64,000 nt of DNA from Candidatus Ratteibacteria bacterium (GTDB lineage: Bacteria; Ratteibacteria; UBA8468; B48-G9; DTJG01), in contig JBMFLH010000002.1 of NCBI GenBank assembly GCA_049971295.1, positions 15,240 through 79,239 on the forward strand. Direction: 5' to 3'. Below the pieces are notes generated by a model. It saw nothing but the letters and a program-made list of their open reading frames with translations, did not search any database and was not told where the DNA came from. A program made the translations under genes and the position numbers. Shown here in pieces: positions 47,532 to 58,016 of this stretch (position 1 is its first letter; each line of letters opens with the position of its first letter).

Positions 47532-48653
47532 TTCTTTGATTTTTGTCAGTGCAACCTGAACAACTGAAAATATTATTCCAACAATCATTGATACCATATA
47601 TGGAGCCCTTTTTCCAAGCCACAAAGTAAGTACTCCACCAACCAGAGAACCACTACCAACTCCTATTCCAATGATTGCTTCAAAAATACCAACAGCTAAT
47701 GCACGGTGCTTGTTTATTGTAAATGCTGTATGAAGTGCGTAAGCATAATAGATTCCGCACAAAGTGCCTCCAAGAAGTATGAAATTTAATGAAAAGAGAA
47801 ATATTGAATTTGTGAATATCAGTCCTGAAAGAGAAAAATAAGCAAAAAAACCAAACACAGTAAACAAAAAAGGTTTTTGATAAAGTTTTTCTCTCTGACT
47901 GAAAACAAAAAATGTTATGGTTCTGAATGCATCCATGATGGAAAACAACAATCCGATCATATATGGCTGTAAGCTAATGTCAACAGCAAGTTTCGGAAAA
48001 AGATTTCTCACAGCACCAAAGGAAAAATAAACAGCAAAAGTTCCTATGTACGCTGCAATGAGAATTTTTGTGTTTGAAACAGGCGCATCTTTCTTATCGT
48101 TCTGTATAACCTTTTTTTCAACTGGTGGAATGGATTTTACAATACTCAAAGCAAATACAATTATGAGAAAAAGAAGTGCGGATACCATTAAAGGAGCAAC
48201 AAAAAATTTTTGATATAGAAACCCCGCTATTATTGGTCCAAGTACTGTTCCAGTACTCCAGGCAACACTGAATTTCCCCACAACTTCACCTATGTGTCTT
48301 CCTTCGGTTTCCTGATTCATTCTCACCATCAGAGGCGGCCAGAATCCAGCAAAAGAGATACCGGCGCCAGCTGCTATGAAGTATAGATGTTGTATTGAAT
48401 TGCTTATCATTGTTATTATGATAAATAGAAAAATTACTGCAGCTGACACCAGTGGTAAATTGACTTTCAGTTGTTTGCCTGAAAGAACTCCAAATAAAAC
48501 GGAAAATGGGATATAAAACAAAGATGTAATGCTACCAAGAATGCCGAGTTGTTGAGCAGTGGCACCATATTTTATTGCAATGAGAGGTAGTGTGAAAAAA
48601 AATAACTGTCCTGAAAATTCTGTCAAAAAAGAAATTATAAAAAATTTTTTCAT
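47505..48653 (-). CDS. MFS-family transporter
   Basis: Twelve predicted TM segments. Start placed at MKKFFIISF (48653), which avoids overlap with ogt. Confidence 0.7.
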   Translation of the reverse strand: MKKFFIISFLTEFSGQLFFFTLPLIAIKYGATAQQLGILGSITSLFYIPFSVLFGVLSGKQLKVNLPLVSAAVIFLFIIITMISNSIQHLYFIAAGAGISFAGFWPPLMVRMNQETEGRHIGEVVGKFSVAWSTGTVLGPIIAGFLYQKFFVAPLMVSALLFLIIVFALSIVKSIPPVEKKVIQNDKKDAPVSNTKILIAAYIGTFAVYFSFGAVRNLFPKLAVDISLQPYMIGLLFSIMDAFRTITFFVFSQREKLYQKPFLFTVFGFFAYFSLSGLIFTNSIFLFSLNFILLGGTLCGIYYAYALHTAFTINKHRALAVGIFEAIIGIGVGSGSLVGGVLTLWLGKRAPYMVSMIVGIIFSVVQVALTKIKESSLQEVSS

Positions 48654-48663
48654 TTTAGTTGTT

Positions 48664-48942
48664 TTAGAGGACGATTTTTTTCTCCCATTCCAGTATGAAT
48701 TTTTTAAATTCCTTGCCAAGTTTATATCCACCAGAGTCTCCATTTGAACATATAATTCTGTGGCAGGGAATCGCAATGAGATCATGGTTTTGGCCTAATA
48801 TTTTTCCGACAGTCCTCGGGCTGATTCTCCCGCATTTCATGGCAATATATTTATATGTTGATGTGCCGCCAAATTTGACACGATTGACCTGAGCAAATAC
48901 CATTTTTTTGAGATGGGCTTTGTTAATATTTGCCATATTCAA
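48664..48942 (-). CDS. ogt: Methylated-DNA-[protein]-cysteine S-methyltransferase, short single-domain form
   Basis: Active-site IPCHRII motif and an HTH DNA-binding region. 92 aa. Confidence 0.75.
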   Translation of the reverse strand: MNMANINKAHLKKMVFAQVNRVKFGGTSTYKYIAMKCGRISPRTVGKILGQNHDLIAIPCHRIICSNGDSGGYKLGKEFKKFILEWEKKIVL

Positions 48943-48996
48943 CCACTTATGATAATATTACTTATTGCTTTATCAGAAAGTGTGGAATATTTTAAC

Positions 48997-49371
48997 ATGA
49001 GTGCGATAGATAAACTCAAATTTGACAGGAATGGGTTAATACCTGCTATTATACAGGATACCAGCGGCAGGGTGTTGATGCTTGGCTATATGAACAGGGA
49101 AAGTATTGAAAAATGTTTTGAAACAGGTTTGGTTCACTTCTGGAGTAGAAGCAGGAACAAACTATGGAAAAAAGGAGAGTCATCCGGGCATGTCCAAAAG
49201 ATACTCGAGATACGCGTTGACTGTGATATGGATACGCTTCTTTTTATTGTCAAACAGGAATGTGCATGCTGTCATGAGGGATATTACTCCTGTTTCTGGC
49301 GAAAACTTGAGGGCGAAAACTGGAAAATCGTGGAAGAGAAACTTTTCAACCCTGAGAGGGTTTACAAATGA
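48997..49371 (+). CDS. hisI: Phosphoribosyl-AMP cyclohydrolase
   Basis: LIPAIIQD...[14 protein letters not shown] and [10 protein letters not shown]...[12 protein letters not shown] zinc-binding motifs. Start at MSAIDKL (48997). Confidence 0.8.
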   Translation: MSAIDKLKFDRNGLIPAIIQDTSGRVLMLGYMNRESIEKCFETGLVHFWSRSRNKLWKKGESSGHVQKILEIRVDCDMDTLLFIVKQECACCHEGYYSCFWRKLEGENWKIVEEKLFNPERVYK

Positions 49372-50693
49372 TGCGCAATCATTTCATTAAGGTCGGTTTT
49401 ATCGTAGCGGTCATTGCATATTGCCTGTGGCAGATTTATCCTCCTGCAAGGAAGATACGAAAGGGACTTGATTTGCAGGGAGGAGTTCATATTGTTCTTG
49501 AAGTTGAGCAGCCGCCAGCAGAAGAAAAATCAATGTCAGATGTGACACAGCGTGCGCTTGAAATAATCAGAAACCGTGTAGACGGACTGGGAGTTAGTGA
49601 ACCGGTGATTCAAAAGGAAGGAACAAACCGAATTATCGTGGACCTTCCTGGCATTAAGGATACTCAACGCGCTGTTGAAATTATCGGTAAGACCGCGCTT
49701 CTTGAATTCCGTCTTGTTGAGGAAGATTCAAAAAAATTGAGTGATGCTCTGAAAGGTGATAGTGAGGTGTTAAAAGACTATGAGGTTTTGTATATGCAGC
49801 GAAAGGACGAGCGCGGCATTACAAGGGAAACAAGTCCTATTCTCGTGAAAAGACAACCAGAGCTTACAGGTGCAGGACTTGTGGATGCGTTTGTTGGATA
49901 TGGAGCCAGTGGTTTTCCAGAAGTGAACTTTGTTTTGAATAAGGAAGGTGCGGCAAAGTTTGCTGCTGTGACAGGCGAAAATATAGGCAGACGTCTTGCC
50001 ATTGTTCTTGACGGAGTCGTAAAATCCGCTCCTGTAATCAGAGATAGGATTCCTGATGGCAGGGGTCAGATTTCAGGTGATTTTACGATGGAGGAAGCAA
50101 AGGAACTTGCTGTGGTATTGCGCGCTGGAGCATTGCCGGCAAAGGTCAATATCATATACCAGCAAATTGTCGGTCCCACACTTGGAAAAGAATACATTGA
50201 AAAATCTTTGAGAGCGTCACTGTATGGTGTGATTGTGGTTGTGGCATTCATGGTCGTTTATTACTATGCTTTTGGACTTCTGGCAGATCTGGCAATGGCT
50301 GTGAACCTTCTGATTCTTCTTGCCTTCATGGCGTTGTTCAAGGGAGTGCTCACGCTTCCTGGTATTGCGGGCATTGCCCTGACCTGCGGCATGGCTGTTG
50401 ACGCAAATATCTTAATTTTTGAAAGAATAAGAGAAGAACTCAGGTCCGGTAAATCTGCAAAAAGCGCGATAGAATCTGGCTATCATCGTGCATGGTCAGC
50501 GATATTGGATTCAAATATTACGACAATTATTACAGGTGCTATTCTTTTTTTTCTCGGGGAGGGGTCTGTTAAGGGTTTTGGTTTGACCCTCTCGATTGGT
50601 ATTATCGCAAATCTTTTTACTGCTGTTTTTGCAACAAAGGCAATTGTGGATTTTGTCGTTGCAAACCGCAGAATAGAGACATTGAGGATATAA
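49368..50693 (+). CDS. secD: Protein translocase subunit SecD (short form)
   Basis: SecD/SecF C-terminal 6-TM domain with LGVSEP and [25 protein letters not shown]. Confidence 0.85.
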   Translation: MMRNHFIKVGFIVAVIAYCLWQIYPPARKIRKGLDLQGGVHIVLEVEQPPAEEKSMSDVTQRALEIIRNRVDGLGVSEPVIQKEGTNRIIVDLPGIKDTQRAVEIIGKTALLEFRLVEEDSKKLSDALKGDSEVLKDYEVLYMQRKDERGITRETSPILVKRQPELTGAGLVDAFVGYGASGFPEVNFVLNKEGAAKFAAVTGENIGRRLAIVLDGVVKSAPVIRDRIPDGRGQISGDFTMEEAKELAVVLRAGALPAKVNIIYQQIVGPTLGKEYIEKSLRASLYGVIVVVAFMVVYYYAFGLLADLAMAVNLLILLAFMALFKGVLTLPGIAGIALTCGMAVDANILIFERIREELRSGKSAKSAIESGYHRAWSAILDSNITTIITGAILFFLGEGSVKGFGLTLSIGIIANLFTAVFATKAIVDFVVANRRIETLRI

Positions 50694-51584
50694 ATGGAAC
50701 TGATAAAGAATACCCGTATCGACTTTATTGGAAGAAGGAAATGGGCTTATCTTTTTTCTTTGGTAATTATTGTCATTGGTATGACGATGTTTGGTTTGAA
50801 AGGGAAGGCGAATTTTGGCATTGATTTTATCGGAGGAGATATTGTTCAAATACGGCTCAGTCAACCAGGTTCTGTTGCGGTTGTGAGAAAGGAAATAGAG
50901 AATCTTAATATTCCTGAAATCACAGTTCAGGAAGTTGGAACAGAGCATAATGAATTTATTATCAAGTCGCCACCTGCCACTTCTGATAGAATTCTTGCAA
51001 CCCTTGAGACAAAATTTGGAAAGGAGAACATCCAGACACTTGCAAAATCTGTGATTTCGCCTTCAATGAGTGTTACTTTAAGAAAACGGGCATTGACTGC
51101 ATTTTTTGCAGGACTGGTTGGAATTCTTTTGTATCTTACAATCAGGTTTGAGTTCCATTTCGCGGTATGTGCCACAATTGCAATTTTTCATGATCTTTTA
51201 ATTGTCATTGCAATACTGGCGCTTTCAAACAAAATTATTGATGGAACAATAATCGCTGCGTTACTCACCATTGCAGGATATTCTGTTAATGATACGATTG
51301 TGATTTTTGATAGAGTCAGGGAGAACTTGAGAAAGACTCGCTCAAAAAATTATGTTGAGATTTTCAATCTATCAATCAATGAAACATTGAGCAGAACGGT
51401 ATTAACTGTTTTAACCGTAATTTTTGTGGACATCATGCTTTTTATTTTTGGTGGTGAGCCGTTGAAAAATTTTGCTTATACACTTCTTTTTGGATTTTTC
51501 TTTGGGGCGTATTCCTCAATATTCATTGCTTCCGCAATTTTGATTGACTGGCAGAGAAAATCTGCTTTCAGATTCAAATTATGA
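50694..51584 (+). CDS. secF: Protein translocase subunit SecF
   Basis: GIDFIGG and the SecF TM domain with IFDRVRENL. Confidence 0.85.
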   Translation: MELIKNTRIDFIGRRKWAYLFSLVIIVIGMTMFGLKGKANFGIDFIGGDIVQIRLSQPGSVAVVRKEIENLNIPEITVQEVGTEHNEFIIKSPPATSDRILATLETKFGKENIQTLAKSVISPSMSVTLRKRALTAFFAGLVGILLYLTIRFEFHFAVCATIAIFHDLLIVIAILALSNKIIDGTIIAALLTIAGYSVNDTIVIFDRVRENLRKTRSKNYVEIFNLSINETLSRTVLTVLTVIFVDIMLFIFGGEPLKNFAYTLLFGFFFGAYSSIFIASAILIDWQRKSAFRFKL

Positions 51585-52168
51585 GGATTATGGGTGGCTA
51601 TTTTAAAGGCAGGGTCTTACTTTACAATAAAAAACCTGAATTGAGACCGACCCGTAGTATTGTAAAAGAAGCGATTTTTGATATGCTGGCACCATATATA
51701 AATCACAGTCGGGTCCTGGAACTGTTTGCTGGCACAGGAGCCATTGGGTTTGAAGCTTTAAGTCGTGGAGCTGAAAGTGTTGTCTTTGTAGACAATAGCA
51801 TCAGAGCCATAAAATTGCTTGAAAAAAATTGCAGATTTCTTGATGTAAAAGAACAGGTGATGATTTTAAAAACTGATGCAGAACGTGCATTAAAGAAATT
51901 TAAGAACGAACAAGTTGAATTTGATTTGATTTTTGCGGATCCTCCCTATCGTATGAGCTTTCAAGAAATTTGCAGGATTATTTCATCTGTGGCTTATGTA
52001 CTGGCAGATCATGGACTTTTTATCCTGGAAAGTGCAAAAATCAAGAAACATTTTGAAGAATTGCAGATTGAAGGCTTTGCAAAGATAAAGGAAAAAATCT
52101 ATGGTTCAACAAGAGTCCAGATTTATCAAAAAAGGACAGCTGGTTGCTGTATATCCGGGGAGTTTTGA
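51581..52168 (+). CDS. rsmD: 16S rRNA (guanine966-N2)-methyltransferase RsmD
   Basis: RPT.S.VKEA.F, LELFAGTGA and IFADPPY motifs. Confidence 0.8.
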   Translation: MRIMGGYFKGRVLLYNKKPELRPTRSIVKEAIFDMLAPYINHSRVLELFAGTGAIGFEALSRGAESVVFVDNSIRAIKLLEKNCRFLDVKEQVMILKTDAERALKKFKNEQVEFDLIFADPPYRMSFQEICRIISSVAYVLADHGLFILESAKIKKHFEELQIEGFAKIKEKIYGSTRVQIYQKRTAGCCISGEF

Positions 52169-52625
52169 CCCGATTACCAATGGACATATTGACATCATCG
52201 AAAGAAGTTTGAGGTTTGTTGATAGATTGGTGATCAGTGTAACGCATCACCCGGTGAAAAAACCTCTCTTTTCTTTTAGGGAGAGAATGGAAATGTTGCG
52301 GGAAGTTTTTTCAGGCAGACAGGAAATAGAAATTGATTATTTTGATGGGCTGCTTGTCGATTATCTTGAAAAAAAACGAATATATCTGGTAATTCGTGGT
52401 TTAAGAGCTGTCTCTGATTTTGATTATGAGTTTCAGATGGTTCTGACAAACAGAAAAATGTTACCACGCATAGAGACCATTTTTTTGACTCCAAAGGAGG
52501 AATATCTATACCTGAGTTCTTCCGCTGTAAAAGAAATTGCGAGATTGCATGGACCTATTGAGAAATTTGTCCCGCAAATTGTCGCAAAAAAACTGAAGGA
52601 AAAATTTTCTGCTACCAATTTATAA
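52101..52625 (+). CDS. coaD: Phosphopantetheine adenylyltransferase
   Basis: AVYPGSFDPITNGHIDII nucleotidyltransferase motif. The only in-frame ATG is at 52101, giving a 68-nt overlap with rsmD. Confidence 0.8.
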   Translation: MVQQESRFIKKGQLVAVYPGSFDPITNGHIDIIERSLRFVDRLVISVTHHPVKKPLFSFRERMEMLREVFSGRQEIEIDYFDGLLVDYLEKKRIYLVIRGLRAVSDFDYEFQMVLTNRKMLPRIETIFLTPKEEYLYLSSSAVKEIARLHGPIEKFVPQIVAKKLKEKFSATNL

Positions 52626-52637
52626 CAGGGGGAATTT

Positions 52638-52838
52638 ATGACGACTTCACGACGTCACAGTAACAGTAGAAGGGATGCTAGACGAAAAAATAATAGGAAA
52701 ATATTACCTCCACATCTCGTTCAATGTAGCAATTGCGGAACGATGACACTGCCACACAGGGTATGCACGAATTGCGGGTATTATGATGGAAAACTTGTGA
52801 TTTCCAGAAAAGTTAAAGAGAAACAACCTGCAAAATAA
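52638..52838 (+). CDS. rpmF: 50S ribosomal protein L32
   Basis: SRRDARRKNN basic N-terminus and a CSNCG...HRVCTNCGYY zinc ribbon. Confidence 0.85.
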   Translation: MTTSRRHSNSRRDARRKNNRKILPPHLVQCSNCGTMTLPHRVCTNCGYYDGKLVISRKVKEKQPAK

Positions 52839-53845
52839 TGGTCAGAATTGCTGTTGACGGTATGGGTGGAGATCACGCACCGGCTGCTGTTATTAAGGGT
52901 ATTAGAATGTTTCTTGAAAAAGGTACGTCTGATACGAACATCATTTGTGTATGCCCAGAAGAAAAATTCAAACGGGAAATAACTGAATTTGATTCACGCT
53001 TGATACCTGTCTATTGCGAAGGTTATATTCCAATGGACACAAAACTATCCTTATCAATCATGCGGAATAAAGATACCTCAATACACAGAGTCATTCAGAT
53101 GTTGAAAAACAATGAGGCAGATGTTGCATTCAGTGCTGGCAATACAGCCATATTTGTTTCCATAGCGGTGAGCGAACTTGGGCTTCTGAAAGGTGTGGAC
53201 AGGCCTGGAATATGCGTTCATCTGCCAAATTTAAGAGGCCACCTTACGCTTCTTCTTGATGCAGGCGCGACTATTTCTCCAAAGCCGGTAAATCTTTATC
53301 AGTACGCCATCATGGGGTCTCTTTATGCAAAGACAGTTCTTAATATTGAAAATCCTTCTTTAGGGCTTTTGAATGTCGGATCAGAACCAGGCAAAGGAGA
53401 TGAACTCAGGCAGAATGTATATAAAATGCTTGCTTCAACCACGATGTTAAATTTTATCGGAAATATTGAGGGGCACGAAGTATTTACAGGTAAGGCAGAT
53501 GTGATAGTAACTGATGGTTTTTCAGGTAATATTGTGTTAAAAGTGGGTGAAGGGGTGGGAAGGGCATTTAAGAGCATGATGCTAAGGGAAATCAATCGTT
53601 CAGTATCAGGAAAAATTGGCTTTTTTATGGCAAGAAATTCTATAAAAAATTATGTGAGGAAAACTGATTATGCCGAGTATGGTGGAGGGGTACTTCTTGG
53701 TGTTAATGGGATAGTGATTGTGGGGCATGGAAGATCTTCACCCCGTGCCATTTGCAATGCAATACTTCTGGGCGAAAAAATTGTGTCTAGTTCCTTTTTT
53801 ACAATATTAAAGAAGCATACAGAAAAATGGGCGCCAGTATCATAG
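52838..53845 (+). CDS. plsX: Phosphate acyltransferase PlsX
   Basis: IAVDGMGGDHAP N-terminus, a full-length PlsX, and the conserved rpmF-plsX order. Confidence 0.9.
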   Translation: MVRIAVDGMGGDHAPAAVIKGIRMFLEKGTSDTNIICVCPEEKFKREITEFDSRLIPVYCEGYIPMDTKLSLSIMRNKDTSIHRVIQMLKNNEADVAFSAGNTAIFVSIAVSELGLLKGVDRPGICVHLPNLRGHLTLLLDAGATISPKPVNLYQYAIMGSLYAKTVLNIENPSLGLLNVGSEPGKGDELRQNVYKMLASTTMLNFIGNIEGHEVFTGKADVIVTDGFSGNIVLKVGEGVGRAFKSMMLREINRSVSGKIGFFMARNSIKNYVRKTDYAEYGGGVLLGVNGIVIVGHGRSSPRAICNAILLGEKIVSSSFFTILKKHTEKWAPVS

Positions 53846-54816
53846 GAATCGGTACGCATCTTCCAGAAAAGGTATTGACGAATGCAGACCTCGAAAAGAT
53901 GGTTGATACATCTGACGAATGGATTGTGACAAGGACAGGCATCAGAGAACGAAGAATTTGTCCAGAAGGCATGGCATCTTCTGACCTTGGAACTGAAGCT
54001 GCAAAAAAAGCAATAGCAGATGCTGCAATTTCAGCAAGTGAAATTGATATGATTATTTGTGCAACAATCACTGCTGATATGGTTTTTCCGTCTACGGCAT
54101 GTATTATTCAGAATAAACTTGGACTTAGTAATATTCCATGTTTTGATATCTCTGCTGCATGTTCTGGTTTTATATATGGTCTTGAAATCGCTCGAAATTT
54201 CATTGTTACGGGCACATACGAAAAAATTCTTGTTGTTGCAGCTGAATGTATGAGCAGGGTTACAGATTATACTGACCGCGCCACCTGCGTATTGCTGGGA
54301 GATGGGGCTGCATCTGCTATTGTTGCAAAAACAGACGATCATGTGGGAATTATAGATTCTTATCTCGGCGCCTCCGGGCTGTATGGGAATCTTCTTTATA
54401 TTCCTGCAGGTGGTTCTAAAATGCCGGCAACTCACGAAACAGTTGAAAAACGACTGCACTACATGAAAATGGAGGGTTCGTCTCTTTTTAGAATAGCAGT
54501 CAATGCAATGTCTGAATCAGTAAAGAAAATTCTTGAAAGAAACAATCTCACGGCTGAGGGAATTTCTTTGATTATCCCACATCAGGCAAACATCCGTATT
54601 ATTCAGGGTGTTGCCAAACTCACTGATATACCGATGGAAAAGGTATTTGTCAATATAGAAAAGTATGGAAACATGTCTGCTGCTTCTGTGGGTGTGGCGC
54701 TTGACGAAGCCGTAAAATCAGGAAAGGTGCATAAAGGAGATTTAATATGTATGGTTTCTTTTGGCGCAGGACTTACATGGGCAGCAAATCTTATTAAGTG
54801 GAGCAAAGATGACTGA
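53827..54816 (+). CDS. fabH: 3-oxoacyl-ACP synthase III
   Basis: Active-site region ACSGFIYGL and C-terminal GDLICMVSFGAGLTW. Confidence 0.9.
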   Translation: MGASIIGIGTHLPEKVLTNADLEKMVDTSDEWIVTRTGIRERRICPEGMASSDLGTEAAKKAIADAAISASEIDMIICATITADMVFPSTACIIQNKLGLSNIPCFDISAACSGFIYGLEIARNFIVTGTYEKILVVAAECMSRVTDYTDRATCVLLGDGAASAIVAKTDDHVGIIDSYLGASGLYGNLLYIPAGGSKMPATHETVEKRLHYMKMEGSSLFRIAVNAMSESVKKILERNNLTAEGISLIIPHQANIRIIQGVAKLTDIPMEKVFVNIEKYGNMSAASVGVALDEAVKSGKVHKGDLICMVSFGAGLTWAANLIKWSKDD

Positions 54817-55738
54817 AAAAAGGATAGGAGTGGTATTCCCGGGCCAGGGTTCTCAATATGTAGGTATGGGAAAGGATTTGTATCAGAATTATAGAGTTTT
54901 TGTGGACGTTTTTGATGCTGGAAGCGAAATATGCGGCTTTGATATTGCCCAAGTGTGTTTTGAAGGACCACTGGAAAAACTCACTGAAACCGAAATATGT
55001 CAGGTATGTGTTTTTGCTGCTGGCTATGGTGCATGGAAGGTTCTTCAGCATGAATTGCCTTTTGTCCCTTCGTTTGCAGCAGGACATAGCCTTGGGGAGT
55101 ATACCGCATTTACAGCCAGCGAAGCATTTTCTTTTCAGGATGCCATGGCTCTGGTTTCAAAGAGGGCAAAATTCATGAAGGATGCCACGATGCAGAATCC
55201 TGGAGGAATGATTGCGATACTGGGTAAGTCCTTAGCTGACATCGAAACAGTTGTAAATCTGTTCGATGGTGTTCATATTTCAAATATCAATGCTCCTGGA
55301 CAAATCGTCATGGGTGGAACAAAGCAGGGCATAGAAGCATTGTCAAAATGGTGTGATGAAAACCGCGTTAAATATATTGTTCTAAATGTTTCAGGTGCAT
55401 TTCATACTCCACTGATGGAACCAGCGGTACAGCCACTTGCAAAGGAAATCGATGATACATCAATTTCAATGTGTAAATTCCCAGTGTATGCCAATTTTAG
55501 TGGAGAACCGATTATTAATCCTGAACAAATCAAACATGCATTGAAGAAACAAATTGTGTCACCAGTTCAATGGATAAAAACAATTGAAGCAGTAAAGAAC
55601 AGTGTCGATTGCATTGTAGAACTTGGACCAAAAAAAGTCCTTTCAGGTTTGATAAAAAAGATTGCCCCGGAACTTGGCATTTCGAATGTTGAAGATATAG
55701 ATTCTCTTCGAAAAACAATTGAAGTTCTGAAGTTATGA
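54800..55738 (+). CDS. fabD: Malonyl CoA-ACP transacylase
   Basis: VFPGQGSQYVGMG and the GHSLGEY active site. Start at the ATG at 54800 (MTEKRIGVVF). Confidence 0.9.
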   Translation, partial: GAKMTEKRIGVVFPGQGSQYVGMGKDLYQNYRVFVDVFDAGSEICGFDIAQVCFEGPLEKLTETEICQVCVFAAGYGAWKVLQHELPFVPSFAAGHSLGEYTAFTASEAFSFQDAMALVSKRAKFMKDATMQNPGGMIAILGKSLADIETVVNLFDGVHISNINAPGQIVMGGTKQGIEALSKWCDENRVKYIVLNVSGAFHTPLMEPAVQPLAKEIDDTSISMCKFPVYANFSGEPIINPEQIKHALKKQIVSPVQWIKTIEAVKNSVDCIVELGPKKVLSGLIKKIAPELGISNVEDIDSLRKTIEVLKL

Positions 55739-55759
55739 ACTTAATAATCAGGAGGACCT

Positions 55760-56494
55760 ATGAGAGAATTTGACGGCAGGACCGTTATTATTACCGGTGC
55801 AGCAGGTGGGATAGGTAGGGCAATGGCTGAAAAATTCGGTCATGCTGGAGCCTTTCTTGTTCTCTGGGATATTATAAAACCCGACCAGGTTGCAAAGTCT
55901 TCTGGAGCTTCAGGAAAGATGATTTGTGATCAGGTAGACATAACAAAGGCGGAAAGTATCGAGTTAGCTTTGAAAAGGGTGATGGAAGAATTTGGCAGAG
56001 TGGATGTTCTGGTCAACAATGCTGGTATTACCAGAGATGCTCTGATTCTTCGTATGAAGGAAGAGGACTGGGACCAGGTAATGGAGGTAAATTTGAAGGG
56101 AGCGTTTTTGTGTAGTAAAATTATTGGTCGAGAAATGTGGGCAAAAAAGTCTGGAAGGATTGTAAACATTGCGAGTGTGATAGGACAGATCGGCAACATT
56201 GGACAGGTTAATTATTCAGCATCAAAAGCAGGACTTATTGCAATTACAAAGACCTGTGCACGAGAATTTGCAAAGGCTGGTATTACAGTGAATGCGGTTG
56301 CGCCAGGTTATATTCAAACGCCGATGACAGACAGAATACCGGAAAAGATTAAGAACATGGTGCTTGAAAAGATTCCGCTTGGAAAGTTTGGAACGCCACA
56401 GGATGTGGCTGAACTGGTGCTATTTCTTGCATCTGACCGAGCTTCGTATATTACCGGGCAGGTGTTTCGGGTTGATGGTGGATTGGTAATGTGA
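55760..56494 (+). CDS. fabG: 3-oxoacyl-ACP reductase
   Basis: [15 protein letters not shown] and YSASKAG SDR motifs in fab-operon context. Confidence 0.9.
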   Translation: MREFDGRTVIITGAAGGIGRAMAEKFGHAGAFLVLWDIIKPDQVAKSSGASGKMICDQVDITKAESIELALKRVMEEFGRVDVLVNNAGITRDALILRMKEEDWDQVMEVNLKGAFLCSKIIGREMWAKKSGRIVNIASVIGQIGNIGQVNYSASKAGLIAITKTCAREFAKAGITVNAVAPGYIQTPMTDRIPEKIKNMVLEKIPLGKFGTPQDVAELVLFLASDRASYITGQVFRVDGGLVM

Positions 56495-56522
56495 AATTTT
56501 TACTGAAAACACGGGGGATGAG

Positions 56523-56771
56523 ATGGAAAGAAGCGAAATTGAAAAAAAGGTAAAAGAAATTGTTATGGAGAAATTGCAGGTGGAGGCAAGTGCAGTAGTG
56601 GATAATGCATCATTTGTTGATGACCTTGGAGCAGATTCTCTTGATACAGTCGAACTTGTAATGGATTTTGAAGAAAAATTCGGAGTAGAAATTCCAGATG
56701 AGGATGCAGAGAAAATCAGAACAGTGGGTGATGCAATTAAATATCTTGAGGAGAAGACAAAGACCCAATGA
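56523..56771 (+). CDS. acpP: Acyl carrier protein
   Basis: [13 protein letters not shown] phosphopantetheine-attachment motif. 82 aa. Confidence 0.9.
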   Translation: MERSEIEKKVKEIVMEKLQVEASAVVDNASFVDDLGADSLDTVELVMDFEEKFGVEIPDEDAEKIRTVGDAIKYLEEKTKTQ

Positions 56772-58015
56772 AAAAGAAACGTGAAGTTGTGATCACAGGG
56801 ATGGGGTTAATTACCCCGGTGGGAAATAATGTTTCCGCTGCGTGGAACAATCTGATCAATGGGAAAAGTGGCATCGGACTCATCAGGGATTTTGATGTTT
56901 CTGAATTTCCGACAAAGATTGCTGCAGAGGTAAAGGATTTCAATTTTGATTTGATTGACAAGAAGGCTGCTCGCAGAATGGACCGCTTTGTACAGTTCGC
57001 ACTTGCAGCAGCTCATGAAGCGATTACTGACAGCGGGCTGAAACTGGAAAACGAAGATAAAGACAAAATAGGTGTCATCATTGGAGCAGGTATAGGAGGA
57101 TTAAGGGTGATTGAACAACAACATTCACAACTATTGAATTCAGGTCCTTCCAGGGTATCACCTCTTTTGATTCCTATGCTTATTCCAGATATGGCAGCTG
57201 GGCAGGTGGCAATAAGTTTTGGTTTGAAGGGCCCTAACTTCGCTACCGTCAGTGCCTGCGCTTCTGGAGCACATGCAATAGCGGTTGCATGTGAAATGAT
57301 TCGTGCAGGGAAAATGGACATTGTGATTACGGGAGGGACAGAGTCCTGTATTACGCCCTTAGGGCTTGCCGGTTTTTGTTCCATGAAGGCATTGTCTGAA
57401 AGGAACGATGATCCTGAAAAAGCAAGCAGGCCATTTGACGCAGAAAGAGACGGTTTTGTGATGGGTGAGGGAAGTGGAATTGTTGTAATGGAATCTCTTG
57501 AGCATGCAAAAGCAAGAGGGAGTCGAATCTATGCAAAGATGCTTGGATACGGAATGAGCTGTGACGCATATCACATTACAGCGCCTGACCCGGCCGGGTC
57601 AGGCCCGTATCTGTGTATAAAATATGCGCTGGAAGATGCCGGGATTACACCTCAACGGGTGGCATATATTAACGCTCATGGCACTTCCACTCCACTTAAT
57701 GATAAAAGTGAGACACTGGCAATAAAAAAGGCGCTGGGTGAATATGCGTATAAGGTTCCCATTAGTTCCAATAAATCAATGATCGGACATCTTCTTGGAG
57801 CAGCAGGAGCAGTGGAATTTATTATTACGATACTGACCATTTATCATGGTATTATTCCGCCGACAATAAATTACCAGACCCCTGATCCTGAATGCGACCT
57901 TGATTATGTTCCAAATTCAGCAAGAAGGGCAGATGTAGAAATTGCGTTGTCAAATTCGTTTGGGTTTGGGGGTCATAATATTTCTCTTTGTGTGCGAAAA
58001 TATAAAGGGGATTAA
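56768..58015 (+). CDS. fabF: 3-oxoacyl-ACP synthase II
   Basis: Active-site [10 protein letters not shown], plus the HGTSTPLND and GHLLGAAG motifs. Confidence 0.9.
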   Translation: MKKKREVVITGMGLITPVGNNVSAAWNNLINGKSGIGLIRDFDVSEFPTKIAAEVKDFNFDLIDKKAARRMDRFVQFALAAAHEAITDSGLKLENEDKDKIGVIIGAGIGGLRVIEQQHSQLLNSGPSRVSPLLIPMLIPDMAAGQVAISFGLKGPNFATVSACASGAHAIAVACEMIRAGKMDIVITGGTESCITPLGLAGFCSMKALSERNDDPEKASRPFDAERDGFVMGEGSGIVVMESLEHAKARGSRIYAKMLGYGMSCDAYHITAPDPAGSGPYLCIKYALEDAGITPQRVAYINAHGTSTPLNDKSETLAIKKALGEYAYKVPISSNKSMIGHLLGAAGAVEFIITILTIYHGIIPPTINYQTPDPECDLDYVPNSARRADVEIALSNSFGFGGHNISLCVRKYKGD

Positions 58016-58016
58016 A

